This document shows positions 1 through 7,794 of a stretch of 64,000 nt of DNA, piece by piece. Location of the stretch: NCBI GenBank assembly GCA_038061755.1, contig JBBTYN010000002.1:79312-143311 (forward strand), given 5' to 3'. Each line of letters begins with the position of its first letter. Within the stretch, counting starts at the first letter, position 1. A program made the position numbers and the translations under genes. The notes beneath the pieces are model-generated. The model worked only from the letters and a program-made list of their open reading frames with translations. It did not search any database and was not told the DNA's origin. Origin of the DNA: Patescibacteria group bacterium (GTDB lineage Bacteria > Patescibacteriota > Minisyncoccia > Phycocordibacterales > UBA9973).

Positions 1-500
1 TTTTTTGTTCCCTGAAAACTCCCAACAACAATTTGACCTGAACCTGTATTATTCAATAGATTCGTTAAATCTTTTTGCCAAAATTCTGGCTCTAATGATG
101 GTACACCAAAAGAATTAGTAATAAGCTCTGGTATTCCTTCAATGTTTTCATTTACAATTACCCCTTCTTTCATTTTTTGCAAAGTCAAATCTCCATCTAT
201 CTTTATAGATAAAACATTTGGCCAAGGATGGCAAGGATATTTTTCACTGCGAACTGTTTTGTAAGTAACAATGTCAAAACCTTTATTCAAAGCCGCCTGC
301 ACAAATTTTCCATTAATAAGTGGCCCCGCAGGAATACCAAAAGGTAAATTTACTTTAAAGCCCAGAAAATCATACTGAGTCTCAGCAAGAACCCTCTTTG
401 CTGGATTTTCTACTTTACTATCTGCAAAAGCTCCAAAGGGTCCCTTTTCATAATTTTCTTCATAAGATTTTTTAGGATCATAAAATGGCTCAAAAAGCAT
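1..500 (-). CDS. Dihydroorotate-dehydrogenase-family (PyrD/DHOD-like) oxidoreductase, N-terminal part; the gene runs off the window start
   Basis: Hand translation of the minus strand from 500 downward gives [104 protein letters not shown]... with no stop before position 1. The block [10 protein letters not shown]...G(F)-x-KTVT, 'pr-pGNP-P'-like, resembles the DHOD/DHPD family N-terminus. It is absent from the ORF track because it is truncated. Confidence 0.4.
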   Translation of the reverse strand, partial: MLFEPFYDPKKSYEENYEKGPFGAFADSKVENPAKRVLAETQYDFLGFKVNLPFGIPAGPLINGKFVQAALNKGFDIVTYKTVRSEKYPCHPWPNVLSIKIDGDLTLQKMKEGVIVNENIEGIPELITNSFGVPSLEPEFWQKDLTNLLNNTGSGQIVVGSFQGTK

Positions 501-538
501 ATCTTGATTCTAATATAAAACAGGTGTATTATCAAAGA

Positions 539-1147
539 ATGTTAATACCAACAGTTATAGAAAAATCACAATTTGGAGAAAGAGCTTATGATATTTATTC
601 TCGCCTTTTACGTGAAAGAATTGTTTTTTTAGCAGGACCCATTGATGATAATGTAGCAAACATTGTGATTGCCCAGCTTCTTTTTCTTGAATCTGAAGAC
701 GCAAAAAAAGATATTTTTCTATACATAAATTCTCCAGGCGGATCTGTAACTTCCACTATGGCTATCGTAGATACGATGAATCACGTTCGTCCAGATATTT
801 CCACTTTTTGTGTAGGACTCGCAGCTTCAGGCGCAGCCATAGTGCTATCAGCAGGTAAAAAAGGCAAGCGTTTTATTTTACCAAATGCCGAAGTTATGAT
901 TCATCAACCAATGGGCGGAGTAGAAGGCCAAGCGACAGATATAGCCATTACTGCTAAACACATTTTGAAAACTAGAGATAATTTAAATAAATTACTAGCA
1001 AAAAATACCGGTAAGTCTCTTCCTGAAATAGAAAAAGACGTGGAAAGAGACTTTTTTATGGATGCTGAAGAAGCGAAAAAATACGGAATTATAGATGACA
1101 TAGTCACTAAATCAAAAATCCCTACCTCTAAGCAAAACAACGACTAG
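539..1147 (+). CDS. clpP: ATP-dependent Clp protease proteolytic subunit
   Basis: ORF 485..1147 contains IPTVIE...[12 protein letters not shown]...[11 protein letters not shown]...MIHQPMGG, a classic ClpP. The likely start is the internal Met at 539 (MLIPTVIE), which avoids overlap with the upstream minus-strand gene. Confidence 0.9.
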   Translation: MLIPTVIEKSQFGERAYDIYSRLLRERIVFLAGPIDDNVANIVIAQLLFLESEDAKKDIFLYINSPGGSVTSTMAIVDTMNHVRPDISTFCVGLAASGAAIVLSAGKKGKRFILPNAEVMIHQPMGGVEGQATDIAITAKHILKTRDNLNKLLAKNTGKSLPEIEKDVERDFFMDAEEAKKYGIIDDIVTKSKIPTSKQNND

Positions 1148-1348
1148 ACACAATTCTATTTATTTGTTATACTAACAATGTTGAATTTTAAAAATTTATT
1201 TTGTTTAATTTATAGTTGGTTCGCAGGAATATCCCATATATTATGAAGTTTTTAAAGAAAAATTTGTCTATCTTTAGTAAAGTTTTTTTCGGCAAGGAAA
1301 CAAAACTAAAAATATAGTGGTTTGTTCTTGTAAGCTCGCTCAAAGCTT

Positions 1349-2878
1349 ATGAGTATAACAATAATAATTCTACTTGGAGTCATAGCGCTTTTTTTTGGTA
1401 TTGGTATAGGGTATTATCTTCGTCTAATCATTGCCTTAGGAAAAAGAAAATCTATTGAAATAGATATCAAGCAGATGATGGTCGGCGCAAAAGAAGAAGC
1501 GCAGAAAATCAGCGAAGAAGCAAAAAAGAAGTCTGAGGAACAGTTAGTATATTTAAAAGAAGAAGAAAAAAAGAAAGAACTTGAATTCAAGGAAACAGAA
1601 AAAAGACTCATCAAAAAAGACGAGTTTTTGGATGCGCGACAAGTTGAAGTAAATAAAGAAGTGGAAGAAATAAAAGTTAAAGAGGAAGAAATAAAAAAAA
1701 TCCAAGAAAAAGTATCAAAACTAGAAGCAGAAAAAATAATAGAATTAGAAAGAGTAGCAAAATTAACTGAGATTGAAGCTAAAGATGAACTTTTAAAAGA
1801 TGTTGAGAAAAAATATGAAGAAGATATTTTAATTAGAATACAAAAGCTAGAAAATACTAATGAAGAAAAGCTAGACCGAAGAGCAAAAGATATTTTAGCA
1901 ATCTCTATTCAGCGTCTATCTTCTAGCACTGCGTCTGAATTAATGACTACAGTTGTCTCTATTCCAAACAACGAAATCAAAGGTAAAATAATTGGAAAAG
2001 AAGGGCGAAACATTCGAGCATTTGAGCGAGCCTCTGGAGTTGAGCTTATTGTAGATGATACACCAGGCTCAATAGTCATTTCTTCATTTGACCCTATTAG
2101 AAGACAAGTCGCACGGTTAGCATTGGAAAATCTAATATTAGATGGACGTATTCAACCAGCTAAAATCGAAGAGTTAATAGAAAAAGCAAAAGAAGAAATA
2201 AATAAAATTATAAAAGAAAAAGGAGAACAAGCGGTCTATGAATGTGGAATATTTAATTTTGATCCACGCATTATCGCAATCCTCGGACGATTATATTTTC
2301 GCACAAGTTACGGACAGAATGTTCTCCAACATTCTATTGAAATGGCGCACATCGCAGGCATGCTCGCAGAAGAATTGGGTGCAGATGTGGCAATAGCGAA
2401 AGCTGGAGCTTTGGTGCATGACATTGGTAAAGCATTAGATCATGAAGTGCAAGGCACGCATGTTGAAATAGGAATGCGAATATTGCAGAAATTTGGTGCT
2501 GATGAACGTATTATTACTGCAATGAAAAGTCACCACGAAGATTATCCTTATGAAACTATTGAATCAATCATTGTTCAAACAGCAGACTCAATTTCTGGTG
2601 GACGCCCTGGAGCACGCCGTGATTCAGTAGAAAATTATTTAAAAAGACTTCAAGAACTCGAAGCGCTAGTAAACGCTTTTCCAGCTGTTGAAAAATCATA
2701 TGCATTACAAGCCGGACGTGAAATCCGTATCTTTGTAACCCCAGAAAAAATATCTGATGCCGAAGCAAAGCTTATGGCTAGAGATATTGCTATTAAAATA
2801 GAACAAGAGCTCAAATATCCGGGAGAAATTAAAGTCACAATGATTCGTGAAACACGAATCATTGAATATGCAAGATAA
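1349..2878 (+). CDS. rny: Ribonuclease Y (N-terminal TM segment, coiled coil, KH and HD domains)
   Basis: N-terminal hydrophobic segment, long E/K-rich coiled coil, KH motif IGKEGRNIRAFERASGVELIVDD, and HD motif HSIEMAHIAGMLAEELGAD...LVHDIGKA. Confidence 0.9.
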   Translation: MSITIIILLGVIALFFGIGIGYYLRLIIALGKRKSIEIDIKQMMVGAKEEAQKISEEAKKKSEEQLVYLKEEEKKKELEFKETEKRLIKKDEFLDARQVEVNKEVEEIKVKEEEIKKIQEKVSKLEAEKIIELERVAKLTEIEAKDELLKDVEKKYEEDILIRIQKLENTNEEKLDRRAKDILAISIQRLSSSTASELMTTVVSIPNNEIKGKIIGKEGRNIRAFERASGVELIVDDTPGSIVISSFDPIRRQVARLALENLILDGRIQPAKIEELIEKAKEEINKIIKEKGEQAVYECGIFNFDPRIIAILGRLYFRTSYGQNVLQHSIEMAHIAGMLAEELGADVAIAKAGALVHDIGKALDHEVQGTHVEIGMRILQKFGADERIITAMKSHHEDYPYETIESIIVQTADSISGGRPGARRDSVENYLKRLQELEALVNAFPAVEKSYALQAGREIRIFVTPEKISDAEAKLMARDIAIKIEQELKYPGEIKVTMIRETRIIEYAR

Positions 2879-2883
2879 AAAAG

Positions 2884-2926
2884 GCGCCTTGCCCCCACAC
2901 CTTTTAAAAAAAGGTGTGGGGGTTGC
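2884..2926. repeat. GC-rich palindrome (CCCCCACACCTTTT / AAAAGGTGTGGGGG stem) downstream of rny; a member of a 3-copy family and probably a terminator hairpin
   Basis: The sequence gccttgCCCCCACACCTTTTaaaaaaaGGTGTGGGGGttgccc is a perfect 13-14 bp stem flanked by the direct pentamer TTGCC. Related copies lie at 21001-21055 and 49521-49575. Confidence 0.6.
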
Positions 2927-3034
2927 CCTTAAAAAACCCTTGATATATAATAGATGGGTAGTAAATATAAAGGTCAAATGGCCCTCCATAGGCGGGCAAG
3001 GTCGAAATATTACAAATATTATCTTTAAATAAAT

Positions 3035-3307
3035 ATGAATAAACAAGCATTAGCCGAATTAGTACATGGAAAGCTCGGTGGTACAAAGGTACAAGCTGAA
3101 GAAATCGTTGACTCTTTATTTGAGGCTATCATCTCAACTTTGAAAAAAGGTGGTGAGGTTTCAATCGCTGGATTCGGAATCTTTTCTGTAAAACAAAGAG
3201 CTGCAAGAATGGCTCGCAATCCAAAGACTGGAGAGCAAGTCAAAGTAGCAGCTAAGAGAGTTCCAAAATTCCGACCTGCAAAAGGTTTGAAAGATACGAT
3301 TGCATAA
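3035..3307 (+). CDS. hup: HU-family DNA-binding protein
   Basis: 90 aa with MNKQ...ELV...GFGIFSVKQRAARMARNPKTGEQVKVAAKRVPKFRPAKGLKD, the HU/IHF signature arm. Confidence 0.9.
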   Translation: MNKQALAELVHGKLGGTKVQAEEIVDSLFEAIISTLKKGGEVSIAGFGIFSVKQRAARMARNPKTGEQVKVAAKRVPKFRPAKGLKDTIA

Positions 3308-3310
3308 ATT

Positions 3311-3375
3311 TTACCTGTCTGCGCAGGCAGGTCTCAAGATAAAATTAAAAACCACCCAATTAGGTGGTTTTTAAT
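3311..3375. terminator. Bidirectional terminator region between hup (+) and lexA (-)
   Basis: A GC-rich near-palindrome cctgtctgcgcaggcagg is followed by the hairpin aaaaaccacccaattaggtggtttttaattttt with T/A runs on both sides. Confidence 0.5.
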
Positions 3376-3377
3376 TT

Positions 3378-3956
3378 TTAGTATTTTCTAATCACCGCCT
3401 TCAAAACTGCATTAATATTTAAACTGTGTTTTGGATATATTGATTTATAATTTTTATTCGCAGGTTCGAGCCAGACCTTAGTACCAGCTTTTTTAAAATA
3501 TTTCATTGTGAATTCTCCATCCACTTCAGCTATAACAATCTGCCCGTCTTTGGCTTGATTTGTTTTTTCTACTAGCACCATATCCCCTTTTTCTATGTGC
3601 GCATCAATCATAGAATCCCCGTCAACTTCTAACATATACGTCAAAGGTTTATTTTTAATAAGAAGGTCATCTAAATTTACAGTGTCAGTTAATTCTTCTT
3701 CCACAGTTGCAGGAAATCCAGCAGTGACAAAGCCGAGCATCGGCACACTGGTAATATTTTCTGTAAAAGTTTCAAATGGAATTAATCTGCCAATATGGTC
3801 TTTTGAAACTACACCCGCGTTAATCAACTTCTCCACCACTCGAAACACTGCATTCTTGGATTTAAAACCGAATAACTTCATCATTTCTGAATACGAAGGC
3901 ATTCTTTTATTCTCTTTAAAAAAAAATTCTATCTTTTCCTGATACAAATTACGCAT
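3378..3956 (-). CDS. lexA: LexA repressor (S24 peptidase)
   Basis: N-terminal wHTH, a C-terminal domain with VDGDSM (the Ser nucleophile) and a downstream KYFKK (Lys). The size, 192 aa, is typical. Confidence 0.85.
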   Translation of the reverse strand: MRNLYQEKIEFFFKENKRMPSYSEMMKLFGFKSKNAVFRVVEKLINAGVVSKDHIGRLIPFETFTENITSVPMLGFVTAGFPATVEEELTDTVNLDDLLIKNKPLTYMLEVDGDSMIDAHIEKGDMVLVEKTNQAKDGQIVIAEVDGEFTMKYFKKAGTKVWLEPANKNYKSIYPKHSLNINAVLKAVIRKY

Positions 3957-4155
3957 AGATGTTGGTTCTAAAAAATAGAATAACCAATTTATTCATCAAG
4001 CTTACCCTAGAATTATAACGAACTTTCTTCAAAAGTAATTTATGATCCCTCGCTTCTCTCTTATAGTCTTGTCCTTGGAGAATTTTAAAATCAATTTTTT
4101 TATTAATCTTCTGAATTTCTCTCTCTAACATTTTTAAATATTGTGTTTGACTCAT
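3949..4155 (-). CDS. Small hypothetical protein encoded immediately upstream of lexA, likely co-transcribed
   Basis: Read from the internal Met (MSQTQYLKMLEREIQKINKK..., 68 aa); the stop overlaps the lexA start by 8 nt. The SOS box lies upstream. No recognisable family. Confidence 0.4.
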   Translation of the reverse strand: MSQTQYLKMLEREIQKINKKIDFKILQGQDYKREARDHKLLLKKVRYNSRVSLMNKLVILFFRTNIYA

Positions 4156-4226
4156 ATATTTATTTATTATTTTTACTAATTTCGACTTGCTTCCGCCATA
4201 GGCAGACAGGCATGTAAATAGTATAA

Positions 4227-4242
4227 GTGAACGAGCGTTCAC
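4227..4242. promoter_or_regulatory. SOS (Cheo-type) box GAAC-N4-GTTC upstream of the small-ORF-lexA operon
   Basis: gtGAACgagcGTTCac is a perfect palindrome matching the Gram-positive LexA operator consensus CGAACRNRYGTTYC. It sits about 70-85 nt upstream of the ATG at 4155 on the coding side. Confidence 0.55.
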
Positions 4243-4267
4243 TTGTCAATAAGTCCCTTGTGGATAA

Positions 4268-5818
4268 CTAATTATTAACTTTTGGCCTATATTGTATCGC
4301 CTCCAAGATATGATTCTCTTCTACGTTTTCTGAATTTTCTAAATCCGCAATCGTACGGGCAATTTTGATAACTCGATGATACGCTCGAGCAGATAGCGCT
4401 AACCTTTCGGCGCTGTCATCAAGCATGTCTCGCACCTTACCGCTTAGGTTTACCATACTGGACAAATCTTTTACATTCATTTCGCTATTAGTTGTGATTT
4501 TTTTCCCAAATTTTTTAAACCTATTTTTTTGAATTTCGCGCGCTTTAATTACTCTCTCTTTTATCTTCTCGCTTTTCTCACCATTCCCCTCTCCACCCAA
4601 TTTTTTATAATCAACATTCCCAACTGAAACCCACAAATCAATTCGATCAATAATCGGTCCAGATAATTTTCTTTTATATCTGTCCAAATCAGATGGTTTA
4701 CAAATGCACGCTTTTTGTTTAGAGGTGGCATTTCCACAAGGACAAGGGTTCATGGCCGCCACTAAAATAAAATTGGATGGAAAAATTGCCGAGCCTTTGG
4801 CGCGTGAAATTGAAACAATGTTGTCTTCCAGTGGCTGACGCAAAGATTCTATCACCCTTTTTTCAAATTCCGGAAATTCATCTAGAAATAAAACTCCTCT
4901 GTGGGCTAATGTTACTTCTCCCGGCTTGGGATATGTTCCTCCACCAATAATAGAAACATAAGATGACGTATGATGTGGAGCACGAAATGGCGGAAAGCAA
5001 ACGAGTTCCCCATTTGTATTTCCTGCGACAGAATGAATGCCTGTAATTTCTAAAACTTCGTCAATATCTAAATCAGGTAATAGCTGAGAGAACGCCCGAG
5101 CGAGCATTGTCTTGCCAGTGCCTGGCGGACCATACATAGCAATATTGTGCCCACCTGCAGCTGCAATTTCCAAGCCCCGCTTGGCACCTTCTTGTCCTCG
5201 AATGTCCGAAAAATCAGTCCGTGATAATTCTTTTTTATAATTTACTTTAGTTTGGACTTGAATAGGAATTTTTTTTAATAATTTTTGAACAACTTTTTTT
5301 CTTTCATCAATGTGTTCCACCACTTCTGCAAGACTGCTGGCTCCAAAAATATTTATGCCTTCTACTAGAGCTGCTTCCGTTGCATTTTCTTTTGGTAAAT
5401 ATATTTCTTCAAAACCAAGCCTCCGTGCTTCTTGAGCAAGTGGCAATGCGCCACGAATCTTGCGCAGAGTTCCATCGAGCCCGAGCTCTCCTAAGAAAAT
5501 CTTTTTCTCTGAATTAAACTTCACATCCCCCGCAGCGAGCATATAAGAAATGGCAATTCCAAGATCAAAAAACGGCCCTTCTTTTTTTAAATCCGCTGGT
5601 GAAAGGGAAACTATTATTTTTTGATTTTTTGCTTTCGGAGATTTAAAACCAGAATTCTTTATCGCTCCACTTACTCTATCTTTGGATTCATCTACCGCTT
5701 TATCCGGAAGCCCAACCAAACTGAAAGAATGTAGACCTCGCGAGAGGTCCACTTCAATTGTCACGATAGAACCCTTCAGTAAATTAACTTGTGCAGAGTA
5801 GACTTTGGCGAAAGCCAT
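4268..5818 (-). CDS. comM: YifB/ComM-family Mg-chelatase-like AAA+ ATPase
   Basis: N-terminal Lon-like domain (MAFAKVYSAQVNLLKGSIVTIEVDLSRGL), Walker A GPPGTGKT, and the C-terminal ChlI/MCM-like region. Confidence 0.85.
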   Translation of the reverse strand: MAFAKVYSAQVNLLKGSIVTIEVDLSRGLHSFSLVGLPDKAVDESKDRVSGAIKNSGFKSPKAKNQKIIVSLSPADLKKEGPFFDLGIAISYMLAAGDVKFNSEKKIFLGELGLDGTLRKIRGALPLAQEARRLGFEEIYLPKENATEAALVEGINIFGASSLAEVVEHIDERKKVVQKLLKKIPIQVQTKVNYKKELSRTDFSDIRGQEGAKRGLEIAAAGGHNIAMYGPPGTGKTMLARAFSQLLPDLDIDEVLEITGIHSVAGNTNGELVCFPPFRAPHHTSSYVSIIGGGTYPKPGEVTLAHRGVLFLDEFPEFEKRVIESLRQPLEDNIVSISRAKGSAIFPSNFILVAAMNPCPCGNATSKQKACICKPSDLDRYKRKLSGPIIDRIDLWVSVGNVDYKKLGGEGNGEKSEKIKERVIKAREIQKNRFKKFGKKITTNSEMNVKDLSSMVNLSGKVRDMLDDSAERLALSARAYHRVIKIARTIADLENSENVEENHILEAIQYRPKVNN

Positions 5819-5844
5819 AATAGATTTGAATTTTTGTAATTATG

Positions 5845-6201
5845 TTAACTTTCTAAATGTTTTTTACAGGTTCGGGCAGCTGGATTTGCTTCCAAGCGGG
5901 TCATCTCAATATCTTTTTTACAAACTTCACACTTACCGAATGATTCTCTGTTTATTCCTTTCAAAGCTCTCAAAATATTATTAAGTCTTGGCTCTAATGT
6001 TCTCATTGTAGAAGTTCTCGCTTCGAAATCTTCAAACCTGTCAGCCTTATCATTTTCATCAGTTTCTGGAAACTCCAATTCTTCAGGGACCGTTTCCCAT
6101 TCTCCTGTTTCTGTGTTCATCTTCCCCATGCCTTTCATTTGCTCGATTAGAACATCCCTCTCTTTTTCTAATTTCTCTTTAATTTTTTTCTTATCTAACA
6201 T
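5845..6201 (-). CDS. DksA/TraR-family C4-type zinc-finger protein (YteA-like)
   Basis: Coiled-coil N-terminus and a C-terminal CEVCKKDIEMTRLEANPAARTCKKH zinc-finger motif. The start is taken at the internal Met (MLDKKKIKEK) to avoid overlap with the Nudix gene. Confidence 0.55.
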   Translation of the reverse strand: MLDKKKIKEKLEKERDVLIEQMKGMGKMNTETGEWETVPEELEFPETDENDKADRFEDFEARTSTMRTLEPRLNNILRALKGINRESFGKCEVCKKDIEMTRLEANPAARTCKKHLES

Positions 6202-6226
6202 AGACAAATAATAGCATGTTAATTTT

Positions 6227-6646
6227 TCATAGCAAGTCTTTAAAAATAAATCCTTCTTCATATGAATCAATCCCTAATTTTGTAGCCAAAAACAAGGGAG
6301 CGGGTAAATTATCCAAATCATACCAACCCCAGCCATCACATTTGTTCGGTTCCATTATTTCTGGTTCTCCGCTTTTCCAATCTGCAATTACAGCAACCTG
6401 TATAAAATGCTTTGGGGAATAATCTTTTAAATTTGCTAAATATTGAAATTTAATATTTTCTATTTCAATTCCAGCTTCTTCTTTTGTTTCTCTTTTGGCA
6501 CATTCTAAAAAGGATTCCATATACTCAAGATGCCCACCAGGGAAAGCGTATTCCCCCGCACCAAAACTACCATTACGTTTACCTAATAAAATTTTCCCAT
6601 CTTTTAAAATCATAACCCCTATTCCAACGAATGGTCTTTGTTCCAT
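6227..6646 (-). CDS. NUDIX hydrolase
   Basis: Nudix box GGHLEYMESFLECAKRETKEEAGI (GX5EX7REUXEEXGU). Confidence 0.8.
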   Translation of the reverse strand: MEQRPFVGIGVMILKDGKILLGKRNGSFGAGEYAFPGGHLEYMESFLECAKRETKEEAGIEIENIKFQYLANLKDYSPKHFIQVAVIADWKSGEPEIMEPNKCDGWGWYDLDNLPAPLFLATKLGIDSYEEGFIFKDLL

Positions 6647-6653
6647 AAACCAA

Positions 6654-7150
6654 TTATATCAGTTTAGCTAATAATTCCTCCGCCCTTCTTATAATCCGTT
6701 CTCCAATTTCTCCCCAATCAAAATATTGCTTGTAGTCCTTTGGATCTATCAACTTAATTTCTGTAACATGCTCTGCTGGATCTGAACTAAATTCTCCATA
6801 TGGCCTTGCTGTGCAAACATAACGAAGCTGATATACAAAACTATTATCTCTGGTATCAATAACTTTTTGATATCCAACAGGCAAGAATGAAAGGACTTCC
6901 ATATTTGATTCTTCTTGTATTTCTCTTTTTAAAGTTTCTTCGAAACTCTCTCCTTTTTCAATAGTTCCTCCGATAAGTCCCATGTTTTACTATGCCCATT
7001 AAGAACTATCACCATTTTCCCATTACAAAAACACACTGCATACGTTTGAGTGCATTTTGTTTTATCTAGATCATCGAAAGAATTCATATCAGAATATTCA
7101 AAAATATAATCCACCCCACTTTTTCCTTTGTATTTTTCTGTTATGTTCAT
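6654..7150 (-). pseudogene. Second NUDIX hydrolase gene interrupted by a -1 frameshift (two overlapping ORFs, 6929..7150 and 6654..6983)
   Basis: The upstream ORF ends ...VLNGHSKTWDL. The downstream ORF in another frame begins GLIGGTIEKGESFEETLKREIQEESN, which is the Nudix box. Restoring one G in the run 'tggg' near 6984 yields the continuous ...KTWGLIGGTIEKGES... Confidence 0.6.
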
Positions 7151-7158
7151 AAAATTAT

Positions 7159-7719
7159 TTATAAGTTAAATGTTTCTTTAATTTTTTGAGCAACAACTTC
7201 GGGAGATAAATTTGTATTATTTATCCTAATATAATTTTTTTCTTTTATTTCGCCTTCTTTTGAATTTAATCGGTGCTCCAATTCACTTTTTTTAAGATTA
7301 TTCTCAGACCATTCGATATTTCTTTTTGTTGGTTTGTGTTCCAGCCTATGTTCTGTTTTATTCCTCCTTATTCTTTCTTCGGTGTCTGCTTCAAGTTCCA
7401 CATAATATATTTCTGCTCCTTTGTCTTTAAATAAATTTACTAAATTTTCTAAATAATCCCAATCTTTTTTTTCATCAAAATACCATAAATATGTAAAAAC
7501 TAACCCTTCTAAATCACTAGATGCTACCTCTTTAAATATTTCTTCACGAATAAGTTTTACAAGTTTTTTACCTGTTTCAGTGCTATAACTAAAAAATGGA
7601 GAAACTAATTCAATTGGCATATGATTATGAAACAATTTTAAACTAGTTATTTTTTCAAGTTCATGCCCAATGGTCATTTTACCAACAGCTTGTGGTCCAA
7701 ATATAATAATCAATTTCAT
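7159..7719 (-). CDS. P-loop NTPase (AAA_33 / small-kinase-like), function unknown
   Basis: Walker A GPQAVGKMT at the N-terminus; 186 aa with a charged C-terminus. Confidence 0.5.
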   Translation of the reverse strand: MKLIIIFGPQAVGKMTIGHELEKITSLKLFHNHMPIELVSPFFSYSTETGKKLVKLIREEIFKEVASSDLEGLVFTYLWYFDEKKDWDYLENLVNLFKDKGAEIYYVELEADTEERIRRNKTEHRLEHKPTKRNIEWSENNLKKSELEHRLNSKEGEIKEKNYIRINNTNLSPEVVAQKIKETFNL

Positions 7720-7794
7720 AATCTAATTATATCATTTTCAACTACGTTCCCAATGCTGGGAAAAATCTCGATCTAATGGTAAACTCAATTTATT

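Noticed and set aside
904-1140. Antisense ORFs inside strongly supported genes. Examples are 904..1140-, 1414..1614-, 2568..3086-, 3595..3942+, 10996..11628+, 12577..12777+, 16946..17326+, 21094..21447-, 23341..23658-, 32602..33000-, 46036..46401+, 50397..50684+ and 56507..56701-.
   Set aside because: They lie opposite or within genes with clear family signatures. Their products are low-complexity or hydrophobic and are artefacts of AT-rich sequence. No independent support.
7720-7794. SAM riboswitch expected upstream of metK.
   Set aside because: The 75-nt leader is AT-rich and lacks the conserved SAM-I/SAM-II helices and motifs. Nothing supports a riboswitch.
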